Assembly (NCBI GenBank): GCA_964658305.1
Contig: OZ210885.1
Coordinates: 8,184,001 to 8,248,000 of the forward strand
DNA from: Leptogorgia sarmentosa
Taxonomy: Eukaryota
DNA: 64,000 nt
Reading direction: 5' to 3'
How positions within the stretch are numbered: the first letter of the stretch is position 1; each line of letters starts with the position of its first letter. Positions 45,282 through 57,953 of this stretch are shown one piece after another. A model generated the notes under the pieces. The model was given only the letters and a program-made list of their open reading frames with translations, was not told the origin of the DNA and ran no database searches. A program made the position numbers and the translations under genes.

Positions 45282-48200
45282 CTGAATAGATAAAATTGAT
45301 TTAGTAAATTCAATTTACGGGCTGAAACAAATTTGAAATCACTCTCAACTTCACAAAGCGGCTTAAGGTGTGTGATGTAACAATAGTTATAATCTAACGT
45401 TATTAGTATAGGTAATTGTATGGTTTCGAGTGCAATTTGGAAAAAAACATGCACGAGTGAGTTTTTCAAAGACATTCAAAATTGCACGAGTCCAAAGGAC
45501 GAGTGCAACTTGAAGTCTTTGAAAAACTCCTGCACGAGTGTATGTCTTTCCAAATTGCACGAGAATGTTAACTTGTTAATAACATACATGAAAAAAATTT
45601 ACATAGATTATACTTGTCTCGCTTTGTTCGGCCGCTAATATACGGAGATGTTTTGCTTGTCCACCGAGCACTTGCTTGAAGGAAGAGGAATTTCTGTCTC
45701 GTATTATAAAAAGGTTGTCATCATCGACTGCTGTTAATATCACTTTTAACCTGTCTGGTTCATATTCATCGCCGTTTCATTTTTAATTCACAGTTTTCGT
45801 TCAGCATAAAAACAATCGATCAAAATATATAATCTAACACCTCTTGCGGAATATTTTGTACTCAAGCTGTATTTTCTTTTCAATGCGCCACTTTATCCGC
45901 ACAATCAAGATATGCTAGATATCTTTGGGGGGTATTTTCATTTTTCGAACTATTTTTAAGCCCCTCTATCATTTGTCTGTCGTTAAAAGAATCTACCTAA
46001 AGAGGCAGCCATTTTTTCAACCTCGAATAATTTTATATTTTGTTATTGTTCGCCAGAAATGACTTAATCTGATTGGCTAGCTTTGTAATCTTAGCCAATC
46101 AGAAGACATAAACATCTGGAGAAATTTGCACTGAATTTCTTTTTTTGGCACTGAATTTCCTTGTTTGGCACTGTATTTCCTTAAAATTGCACTTCTTTCA
46201 ACCAATCAGAATCGAGAATTTTTTTTAAGTATATTATTAGATTATAGAGATTAAGATGAGTATGTAAAATAATGAGACAATATATATGAGCCGAGGACTG
46301 AGTTCGTGGTGCTGTGGACAACCTGACAAGTAAAGAGGGCAGGGTCACAACTCACAAGCTAAGATTCGAGAAGAATTAATTGTAATTGAAAGCGTGTATC
46401 GAGGTGACTGAAAACAATGAATCTTAGGCGAGATGAGTAAAGTAAAATTGTTAGTTCCTGAATGAGAAAAAGGTGGCGAAGCGTAACTAGCGTGGGGTGA
46501 ACTAAGCTCCAACACTGAAAAGAATCAACTACCGTCTGATATCCTGAAGTTAAAGACAGTCGTTCTATACTTGGAGTGCTCTGCCAAACTGAAAATAAAA
46601 CTCATAATCGATAAACGATGGAGTTATATCCACCTCTCGCCCAGCAAAGATGAGAAACCGAAGCCAGTCGCTTAGACAGTTAATTCCAAAATTAAATAGA
46701 ATTACTGTAGGAGAACTTGAAGGCAATTACTGAACAAGTCCAGAATCCTCGGGACAGAAACTACGCATTGTGGCTAGCTGAAGAGAGAAGACGGAAACTC
46801 TGTGGACTTGGTTTGTTTTAACTGCGACGCACGTCCGTGTGCTTAACCGTCTGAGCTTTATCAATATTTCCTTTTAATGGTCAGGATTTTAGAGAAAGGG
46901 AAATTGCTTGGCCGATCTTTTACGGGCTACCCACGTGTGAGTTGTGCGTACCTATTTTTTCCTATCTTATGAATTGGCCCTTTTTTCTCAAAATTTTCGA
47001 ATTGCCATCGAATAATTTTTACCTCACTGTGAGGACGAAATATTTCAATGCTTGGTCGACACAGATGTAAAGTCGAATACGAGCTAAAGTTTTTGTGACG
47101 ACATTATACATAAGGTCTATTGAAATTTGATATGCAAGTTTCCTAGTTTGTAAACTTTTCAGAAATTTGTAGTTCAACGTTGGAACCTCAATAGCAATTT
47201 TGCAAGGAAAAATAATTGTTATCTATCAAAATTTAGGTTTAATGGGATGTCCCAGCCCCTTGGGCTAGTTTTTTCCCCCCTAAAAGAGTATTTATATTAG
47301 TATTTATCAGTAATTGATATGTAGTGTGTTTTATTTATCAGTACACGCTTCGTTCTAAGTATTCTATTGCAAACGTGTCCCCAAAAAAGTATGCACATGT
47401 TTGACTTGTAACGTTTAACGGGTAAAGCAAAACTCATAAAAACAGCATTATCGAAAAAAAGCACAGATTGCGTTCCCACGCTGAAAATTTGCACTCGCTC
47501 ACATTTGAAACATGTCTTATATTAATTTGAACAGTGTCTTACTACTTCTTCAACGACTGTTAAGTGAAACATCAAAAGTTCCTCAAACCTTTGTGGCGTT
47601 CAAATTGAAGTTTTTGATACAACGGCAAAGTTCAGCTACACTTTCTGCAATTAGTTTTGCGTGACGACCATCAACAAGAATGTCTGGAAATAATGAAGAA
47701 AATTTATCTTGAGTATCACAAACACTATAAATACATCGCTGCTAATGCGCGTAGCACGAAGGATACATAAAAAAGCATGCCCTGCTGACCATACAAACTA
47801 TTTGATAAGCATGGTCTGTCGTCGTTATTAGCAAACTTCAATATGCGGCCAGTGTAGTAGGTAGGGGTAACAACATCAGCAAGCAGCACATGTCATACCG
47901 ACTACCTAAACAATGCAAATAGGTTGGCCGTTTTGAGTAAAGTAGATTTTTTGCATGATAGACATGCAAAAATTTCGAAATAGTACAATCCAGAGCAACA
48001 GCGTTAAAGAGTATCACAAAGTTAGTAAAACTGTAAATTCTGGTTGAGAAATGTTTTAAAATGCGAAAAATATGACCCTGTAAAGTTTTCAAATTTTGTA
48101 TATTTTAGTATTACCCATCCATTTATATCCTTATCGAGAAAAGTCTATCAATTTTGCGTGCCTAATACTAAAATGAAAAAATTGGCAAAATTGCGTTAAA

Positions 48201-48709
48201 CATTCCCGACTTTTGAATGATTGAAGTTTTGAACACAAATGTCCAACTGGAGTTAGTACGATTTACGAAGTCTAATTCATGTGAAAATTTTGATTTTATG
48301 CATATGTCAGCATATATTAGTTGTACTATACTGTATATGATGTTGTATACAGTATTAAAGGCACTTAACTTCTGCACTTATATGAAGGTCTAAAAATAAA
48401 TCACTGTCACCAATTCAACACTAGATTTCTATGTAAAGTTTCAAAGTATAGCTACACTATTGGAGAATTTAATTTTTTTTACCTGTTCGACCCCATATAA
48501 TTTCAACGATTGATCGTATTGAGAATCGCATTGAATTGTATATATGGTAATATATGAATAAAATTGGATGATAATAATAATAATAAATGAATAATAAGAG
48601 AAATTCTTTCAACACATGGGGGTTTTCTTACCGGAGATAAAAAATGATCTGCGCAAAACATATTTAAAGGCATGATGAAATTCCGGCAATAATGCTAATA
48701 ATACAGTAC

Positions 48710-49295
48710 CTGTTTTATTCCAGAAATCTAGGTCATCACAAATTATTTTTTCGTCAGCTATTGGTAAATTTAACATTTTGACCAAAGATTCCATTCCTTG
48801 AAACGAGTCATTAAACATATGTACAGTCCATTCAGAGATGTTACAATGAGCCCATGGGTTTCTGATGTCCGACCGAACTTTGTTTGCTTCCGCTGCAGCA
48901 CCAGAAGATACGAAAGGAGCTGCCTTGCCGATAATAGTCAAAAGTGCTGACATATCCATGGTTTCATCAAATCCAGTGAAATGTGCCATAAAGTCCATGA
49001 CGAATAGTTTCGCCAACGAAACAGGATCTTTAACAGCATAATCATAAGCTGATTTAGTAGGCTTGTGGATAATGTTATTGTTAATGTTTTGATATTGTAG
49101 GTTATGGGTGGAAGGGGGTAATTTCTTCCCTCTGTATGCTGCGAAATCTTGCTTGTGAATTTCATCAGGTGGTTGGCATAAAGAATGATACCACTTCCCA
49201 AGTTCAGTGGCGACAACTTTCCTCAATGCAGGTGCAAGAACTTTGGTAAAGGCAATGCCAACTAAAACCCAATGTTGTTCTTCCTCTGATATCAT
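48710..49295 (-). CDS. Exon encoding a second HEPN-like domain (CXorf38/DUF4559-like)
   Basis: QHWVLVGIAFTKVLAPALR...SLAKLF...FDETMDMSALL...VRSDIRNPWAH (Rx4H); GT donor at 48709. Confidence 0.8.
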
Positions 49296-50732
49296 TATCG
49301 TTCTATGAAGTAAACATAAAATAATGGTGTTACAATTTTAGCTACCAAAGCACAAAGCTTTTGTAAACAGTACAGATATAATTACTTTCTGACATTTTAA
49401 TGTTTTACAAATTTGTGAAAGTAGAAGTTTCTTTGAAAATAATTGTATGGAATCATTTGGTAACAAACTTCAACATGTGGCCAGTAGCTATATAGGTACC
49501 GCTACCGAATAACAACATCAACAGGCAGCTAAAGTTCTGCCCACTAGCTGAACAAATGCAATAAGAATTAATGCTTCAAGCAAAGTCCAATAGTAAAAAA
49601 TTAGTGTGTGTTAAAATGCCCGAGGGCCGTTGCACAAAACATCGAATCCTAGTTTATCCTGTAGGTAATTAGTAGAACTTTTGCTGTTTGTTGACATAAT
49701 CTAGTATCCACTGCCTTTGACAATTATATGTAATTATTCAGTAATTTGTAGGTAAGACGTGGGGTGAATATATGAGACTCGAGTGCATCGAGGTCTCATA
49801 TAAATTGAAACATTTTGCTGCAATAACGATAAATCAAATAATTATTCGGCAGCAAAAGGTATTCTGGCCCCTTTCTTATGGAATATTAGGGGGCGGCTTT
49901 AACGTTTCCGAGAGAGGCACACAATTTTGTTTCCCGTTGCACTGCAAAAATTTTAGAAATTTGGAATCTCTTGATGGTCGGAAATGGCATCTCCGCTGTC
50001 TTCCATATACCTCCTTCCGGGAGAATGAACATGGCAACAAGATTATGGTTTTCAGAATTACTTTTATTATCTCTCAGCTTTGCCCAACGAATCGAACTGA
50101 CTAAATTACCGAACAGGGAGGCTGAGGCTCCCCGACAGGGGGACTGTAGCCCTTCCCAACCCCCCCACCCCCCACCCCCCCTCCTTTGGCGCAACCACTG
50201 GTAAACCTACAAGGCAGTATCCAACATTATCATTTCACTCAACCAAAATTTTTGTCATGCGCATCTCTCCTTTTAAAGCCGTAACATATTATCTTACTTC
50301 CTACTTTGCTATCGCAATTTATCTATATGAGTAACCCAGTTTTGAACAATCAGACAAGCCAGATTTATTCAATTGGAAAGGCGAGTGGAAAGTATTGACC
50401 ACTCAACGCTGTCTCCAAATATTCGTTGCCTCGCAGTGTGTTCCGTATTTCGAGCATATTATGGATAGTTGTAAACTGACAACGATTGAATATATTTCTT
50501 TCGTTAATTATGTCATTCAAGCCGTGCCATATTAATGTAATAAGCGCTTAAAAGTAACTTAGATCCTAGACAATCGTCTATGCTCAGACTTAAGTAAAAC
50601 ATTGTTCTTTTTACATATCCTGTCCATCCTGAAATATGCATATACTGTACATAGCCTACTTATAATTACGGGAAACACTGAGTATTTTCATGAAATACAC
50701 AACAGCGGTACCTCCGAATAACGTAAACATTT

Positions 50733-50774
50733 TGATTCAACGTTTCGACTTTATTTAGTCATCATCAGGATTCA
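50733..50774 (-). ncRNA. Minimal type I hammerhead ribozyme (PLE pLTR)
   Basis: TGAATC-CTGATGA-T-GACT/AAATAA/AGTC-GAAACGTT-GAATCA. Confidence 0.7.
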
Positions 50775-51688
50775 GGAATGGTTGTATTTCATGTGCACGC
50801 GTTATATATACTCTACGTAATTTGATATCTAATCAGAAGAAAACCGATAGTTCTCTAGATGCTTTAGTCCCATGATTCAGTTCCGGTTTTTGTCGATGAA
50901 TGATTTTTTTCTTTGAACAGTCGATTTGACCAATGCTTAGCCCTGTCTATGATGTTGCAGTTGTTCAGTAGGTTCAGATAGTTAAATTGTTCGCAAGTGT
51001 TAATGTTTTTATCAATCTCTGAGTTTTTGTCTGTGATTGCATGTTCGTTCAGTCTTGTATAGAGGCATCTGTCTGTCTTTCCTATGTATGTTCTGCCGCA
51101 CCCAGGACATGAAAATTTATAAACCACCGAACTTTGAAACTCCTTAAGTGTTTTATCTTTGCACGAAACAGTGCAAGTACTATGCACAAGTGACCTAATC
51201 CATGCAATTTTGTACGACCACGGAGTAAAACTAGATTAATGGATATACTGGCCTGTGTGTGTACTCTTACGAAAAATCGAAGTGCCGTTAGATGTTAATT
51301 AGAAAACCACAAAATTTACCTCGTTATCGACGAACTCTTCATGCGTGAACTGTATATCCGGATGGTAGCTGTTCAGTTTATTTAAAATCAAGTTAATATC
51401 AGACGGTTTGGTCAAAACTTGTGTGTCATCAACATATCTTATATAGAATTTTATAGTATCGTTTTCGAAAAGGTCTTTTATTAATTCGTCTTCTAATGCC
51501 ATCATGATGATGTTAGCTAAAGTTGGACTTAAAGGCGAACCCATCGAAACTCGAAATTGTTTATAAAGATCACCGTTAACGGAAAATTGAATTTTGGTAC
51601 AATCATCAAGGATCAGTTTTATGGTGTTTTCGCCGTAAAGTGTGGTCATGTAAATAAAGAAAGTTCGTAAATTTATGTCTTGGAACGG

Positions 51689-52630
51689 TGTCAAGCGAAA
51701 TTCCTGACCAAGCGTGACGGCTCATGTATTTCGCGTACGTAGGCGGGAAATACATGACGCTTGCGAAATACCTGACCCGATGAAAACCTCAATCAAAACC
51801 ACTTTTCTTGGCTCACATCTCGGTTTATATCGTGCTTAATGCTATAATAATGTATTGTATCGAACACCGAAGCTAGAATCAATTTTATATTTCTGATATT
51901 ACAAAACAATCGGGAATATATGTGTTTTTTATCGATTATACATGTGTTTTTTATCGATTATACTTTATATAGAGTATAGTCAGTAAACAATCTGCGACTT
52001 TACGGGAAATGAATAATAAATAAATAGAAATATATTTTGCATATAGAATATCTTTGCAAAAAAAAGTTGATTATTATACTAGTATAACGCGTTTTAGGCC
52101 TACCTATGTAGGTATCTTCGGATACCATTGTAAGGTAGATCGCTATGCCCTAGTTTTAAGCTGCGGTTCTATAAGGAAAAGTTTAAATATTTTTAAATCA
52201 GTTTTGACTGTTCAGTAAATTATTTGAACTACAAATGCACAATGTCAATGACATTGAATCATTCATACAACCATAATATGAAGATATTTCAACATACGCA
52301 CAATATACGCACCACCAACTAGTTAAATTAGATAGAAACGACTCAATGAGTTTAATATAGGCCGTGAGCTGTTTGCGAAACAGACTTTCGATTGATGCTT
52401 CGCTACTTCAACACTAGCACAGTCAGCAACAGATGCCGTACTTGAATTTGGAGCCATTCGTAAAGAATTTTTGTAGGAAAATCACTTAAAAATCTCTTTC
52501 AAAGTAAAACGTGTTGTTGTAGCTTCAGCAGTTGCGAAATTCATGAGCCAGCGTGGATGACGCACATCATTTGCGCATGTGCAGAACTGCGATAATCATG
52601 TATTTAGCAAGTCAGGAATTTCGCGTCACA
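51689..52630. mobile_element. Ginger-like non-autonomous DNA transposon inside the PLE
   Basis: TGT...ACA termini with GCGAAATTCCTGAC TIR; 4-bp TSD ACGG; splits the PLE coding motif FMSWNGFP. Confidence 0.78.
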
Positions 52631-52685
52631 ACGGATTCCCTAAAACATTGGCCAACAAACTTAGATAAAAATCACATCCTAATCC

Positions 52686-52726
52686 TAATCCTGAAGATGA
52701 CTAAATGAAGTCGAAACGTTGAATCA
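52686..52726 (+). ncRNA. Minimal hammerhead ribozyme, second copy
   Basis: CTGAAGA-T-GACT/AAATGA/AGTC-GAAACGTT. Confidence 0.6.
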
Positions 52727-53271
52727 AAATGCTTATACGTTATTCGGAGTTACCGTTGTAGTGTATTTCATGAAAATACTCAGTGGTTCGCGTAATAATT
52801 ACACTCTTACAGTAAATCTAAGGCACGTAAGCATCGCATGGTAAAGAATTTGAAGAGAAGCGGCGAAAAATGATATAAATGGTCCGAAAATGGAAAAATA
52901 TTAGAAATTTAATGTTGTGAAATTTGTATAGTGTTGTGAATTGCTTCGGATCTCGTTAATGAGTTAAGCAACGCTTGCACACAGGTGGATTTTGGCCAAT
53001 AATTGGGGTTGTTTTCTCCAACTACAGCAGTTCAAGCGTTCGAATAAAGTTGTCCGCTTACTCTTTTTTACACTTAAGTTACTCTTTTTTACACTAAAGT
53101 TGTCCGCTTACAAATCACGACTGAATCATGAAGGAATCTCGACATGATCTCGTAGGATCAACCGTGTCTGGGGATGTCGAAGCGAGGATTTAAAATAGTT
53201 GATGAATTACGGACGATGAATGAGGTCAACCAACACTACATATTTTTGCTATAGGTTACGCCAACACATCA

Positions 53272-54210
53272 AAAAATAGGTTCGCAAAGCGCACATGTAT
53301 CTGCGAATGGTGAAGCAGAACTGACGGATGAGTCGTCGGAAAGCGCAATCGGACATGTTAAAAAGTCTAGGTTGCGCTTAAATCTGCCGCTAAAGTATTG
53401 GTTTGCAAGCAATAAATGAACATAAACTAAAGCTAACCCTAAATATGAAACTAATCGAACCCCAAAGCTAACAGCCTAACGCACAAAACATTAAAACCTA
53501 GAACTATACTCAAACAGATTTCCTAAATCAGCATGCTGTCTTATTAAATATGCGATGTTTAGTTAGTGTTGACTGTTCTCATATACAGCATTTCTCACCG
53601 TCCTCCTTCGACTCTTTCGTGAAAAATACGAGGAAATTCCTTGGGAAAAAAATTTCTTTGTGCCTCCAATATGTATAAAACTATGGCTTATTATTACATG
53701 TAAATGTCATTAAATTATTTAATTATATCGTTTTGGCCTTATTTCAATTTTGACCGCCATCTTGAATATGATTAGATTTAACCTGCGAACAGGCTACTTC
53801 AACAGAATGTATCCAGTTTTTATATAGCGTGCTGTGACAAAACCGTTCATGGGTCAGCCATCTGGACAGTGTGCTCTGTACGCATTTTCAAATTACAAAT
53901 CGAAACGCCGATAAAACAGCACGCTGCCGTTTCAAATGCTTTGTTAAATTACAACTGCACATTGACACGGACCTGCAAAGTCAAGATTGTTTGCTTAAAC
54001 CGTCGTACTTAAACACTGCACTTCACATTTTCGCAAAAATCCGATCGAACATCGCCTTCACTCCTCGAACGCCGCCATCTTGCATTACGTAATTATAAGC
54101 AAAAGCTCGTCGCTGATTGGCTAGAAGCTAACAGCTAACAGCTAACAGCTAACAGCTAACAGCTAACAGCTAACAGGGTCATAGCATAGTATCTGCGTTC
54201 GCAGATACAA
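53272..54210 (-). mobile_element. DINE/HINE-like (Helentron-type) non-autonomous element, tandem copy A
   Basis: Minus strand: T-run, subTIR TGTATCTGCG forming 5' hairpin, (TTAGCTG)n, 3' subTIR CGCAGATACA and terminal hairpin. Confidence 0.8.
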
Positions 54211-55131
54211 AAATAGGTTCGCAAAGCGCACATGTATCTGCGAATGGTGAAGCAGAACTGACGGATGAGTGGTCGGAAAGCGCAATCGGACATGCTAAAA
54301 AGTCCAGGTTGCGCTTAAATCTATCGCTAAAGTATTGGTTTGCAAGCAATAAATGAACCTAAACTAAAGCTAACCCTAAATATGAAACTAATCGAACCCC
54401 AAAGCTAACAGCCTAACGCACAAAACATTAAAACCTAGAACTATACTCAAACAGATTTCCTAAATCAGCATGCTGTCTTATCAAATATGCGATGTTTAGT
54501 CAGTGTTGACTGTTCTCATATACAGCATTTCTCACCTTCCTCCTTCGACTCTTTCGTGAAAAATACGAGGAAATTCCTTGGGAAAAAACTTTCTTTGTGC
54601 CTCCAATATGTATAAAACTATGGCTTTATACTGAATTATTTAATTATATCGTTTTGGCCTTATTTCAATTTTGACCGCAAACTTGAATATGATTAGATTT
54701 AACCTGCGAACAGGAACAACAAAATGTATCCAGTTTTTATATAGCGTGCTGTGACAAAACCGTTCATGAGTGGGTCATCTGTATAGTGCTCTGTATGCAT
54801 TTTCAATTTACAAATCGAAAGGCCGATAAAACAGCGCGCTGCCGTTTCAAATGCTTCGTTAAATTACAACTGGACATTGACAGGGACCTGCAAAGTCAAG
54901 ATTGTTTGCTTAAACCGTCATACTTAAACACTGCACTTCACATTTTCGCAAAAATCCCATCGAAACATCGCCTTCACTCCTCGAAGGCCGCCATCTTGCA
55001 TTACGTAATTATAAGCAAAAGCTCGTCGCCGATTGGCTAGAAGCTAACAGCTAACAGCTAACAGCTAACAGCTAACAGCTAACAACACGATAGCAATATA
55101 TCTGCGTCACTACGTCACGCAGATACAAAAA
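54211..55131 (-). mobile_element. DINE/HINE-like element, tandem copy B
   Basis: Head-to-tail near-identical duplicate of 53272-54210. Confidence 0.8.
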
Positions 55132-56293
55132 CTAAAATACCAACAATGTCCGTTTTGCAGAGCTACTAGATAGATAGATAAGTCGTTGAAAAATTATATA
55201 CTAACACACTTACCAAAAACTTAGGTTGATTTCCACAAGAGGCGACCGGAGTAAAGATTGTTCCTAGAGAAATCAGAAATATATCATGAAGTCAAAAAAA
55301 AGTTAAATTACTTTGATCTTTTAGGATGTGTATTTTTGGCAAAAAATTTCTTGTTGGATGTGGTACAAATTTGTCAATCAAGAGTCTTCGCACAACAGTG
55401 ATAGTAGCAATTATTTAATGGCCTCAGGTGCACAGTAGAATACTTGCAGACTCCCGGGATACGCGAGACAGAAGAATATCGGTGTAATCAATAGTAATGC
55501 TCGTTTTGCTCCATTAAGGGCCTTATTCAAATGCTTAAAATAAAGGATTCTATAATCTATCTGTCAATGTTTTTTCTTACATACCTTTCTACGTTAGTAC
55601 GATCCTACCATCAGAAAAGTTGAATTTAACGTTGAACTCAGATGACAAATTTGAATTGAACTCCCTACAAACGGAAATAAATATGGTTTTTGCCTTTCGT
55701 TTCGTGGTGGACAAGCAACTACGCACATTCAGAATTAAAGAAGATTTCAAAATTCATTAGTAAATACAAGCACTGCCACTATTCATCACCAAAAGGCATA
55801 CGATAGAAATACATTTACCATATATACATCCGTATACATCTGTATATACATTTTAAGCATCAGACCACTTTTTCCATGCTTGTTTTTGCCAACAACAACA
55901 TGTGATGATCCAGAAAGATTTTGACAAGATCTCGAACGTCAAAGAAGAGCTGATTTCGAGTAAAGGCCCACCTTCCGGCGGCAATTTGTAATTAAGTAAC
56001 TCCCAACGAAGGGCCTTCGCTCAAAACGTCCAATCTTCTGCTGATCACACATGGCCAGACGTTATGAAGATAAATCTTCGATGAATCTTGCAACATTCCG
56101 GGAAAATTTTGTCGAGGCCTTTAACATGTGTTATGCAAGGAACTTACAAGATAATGATTGAATGATAATACAATCTTGGCAAGAGCATGGCAAGATCTTG
56201 GATCATGGGTAATTTGTGGCAACAGAATGGGAAGATCCAGCAAAATCATGAAGATTTAGAAATACAGATACAAAAGGAGAGAAACTACCCACA

Positions 56294-57953
56294 AAAAATG
56301 AAATCCTAATTTTAACATTATGTTGAAATTGGGTTAATGTCTGAGTGCGATGACTGATTATCGACAACCAGCAAATTTTTTTTCCACTATCTACACATTA
56401 AATGATACCACAAGGTTTGACATTTTGAACAACTGGGCCCTTTGTCAGGAAATGTTGTGGGAGATGAGAGACACATGGGGTTATATATACAATTGCATTA
56501 AGTATTCTATATATGTAGGTGACTAAAATAAAAACCATATTGGAAAACCATTGACAACAAAGATGTTAACATGTTCACATTCTCATAAAAATAATATGTG
56601 CACTTTTCCTTAACTATCAACACTGATCCTCGATCAAGGAGCATCTCATGCTTGTCGATTTTGTTATCCGCTGGTAATACTGACCACATTCTGAAGTTTG
56701 TTACTGGGCAATTAACTTACCTTAATTTATTTTATATTCTCAGGAAACTAAATGTTCTAATTTGGCAGCCTTGATTCAGGTTGAAAATCAAGTTTTTCAC
56801 ACAATGTATTGTTGTTGGATGATGTCAACAGGTGAACCAATCACATTTCTATAAGGAGATAAAAAAATGGGGCAGAGCCAGTGTTAACTTTCACAAGAAA
56901 TCAACAATTTCATTGATGTTTCATAGACCAACTAAATGTTGTGGTCCTACTTTATTATAACATGACCCAAACTAAAAAGTATAGTATATATAATACTAAA
57001 AAGTATAATATATCAGTGCCCCCTCCCCTTGTTCTCCCCCACCCCCCATCTATACTCTAAGATATCGACAATATACAGGAATATATAATAAATGAGATAA
57101 TCAATGTGAGGATTATATATAGCTACCATGTTTAAGACCTGATTATGACCAGGGATGGGAAATAAAACACTTAATGTTCTTTGGCAGTATCTGTGGCAGT
57201 TTGATTTTGTTTGGACAGTATTATATACCAACTGAGCAATAACAACCAACCATCTGCACAAATACAAGATAAATCTACATGAACTTATCGACAAGTGACT
57301 TCTATAGCTCGGTCGGTCAGAATGCTGGTCTGGAATCTCATGGTTACAATTCCTGACAGTCAGGTTTTATAGATTCAAACAGTTTATAAACTTATCATAA
57401 GCTAACAAATCTGACAATGAAAATTAAAGTAAAATGTGCGAGAGGCAGGGGGATTTTTCCAGTAAGTGGCAGAAAGAAACTCATGTCTAGCTTGACAGTT
57501 TATGTACATGCAAAATGGAATTTAAGGAATGAAAACATGTGGGCAAAAAACATGCATGATTTGTTTTGCAGTTTCAGCCCAGTCATATTCTTTTTGCAAT
57601 AAAATTAGGATTTCACATTCAATGCATTATTTTCAATCAGCAATTCAATCCATCCAGATTGAAATCAAAATCAAAATTGACTCAATCCAGAATGAGTTGT
57701 AACTCAATTCAGATTGATGTAGTCGAATCTAATCCAATCCCTTATTAGCCTTATGATTTCAAAACACAAATGAAATATGTAGATCTGATCTAAATCTGAG
57801 GTAAAAACACTCTAAATTCAATTGTGACACTTGAAATTTGCAGTGAAATATAACATCAGTATGTAAATCGATATGGTTTTATAGAACCTCACTCAATGTG
57901 AAAATTTTTGAGGGGAGTTAATGTGTCTTAATATTGAGTAAAAATTATACACA
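56294..57953 (-). repeat. ~1.65-kb repeat, inverted copy of 16880-18537
   Basis: Reverse-complement match along its whole length. Confidence 0.93.

Larger units (their letters stand above)
50662..52800 (-). mobile_element. Rearranged Penelope-like element (RT + GIY-YIG) with inverted terminal pLTR copies
   Basis: SMGSPLSP, RYVDD (51299-51694); VVYKFSCPGCGRTYIGKT..RLNEH (50864-51187); 50662-50772 inverted at 52688-52800. Confidence 0.88.

Noticed and set aside
20050..49295. Functional link between the HEPN gene and the neighbouring tRNA cluster
   Set aside because: Proximity alone is not evidence in a eukaryotic genome
54122..54176. (CTAACAG)n arrays as a CRISPR or telomeric array
   Set aside because: Simple heptamer microsatellite without spacers, part of the DINE-like element
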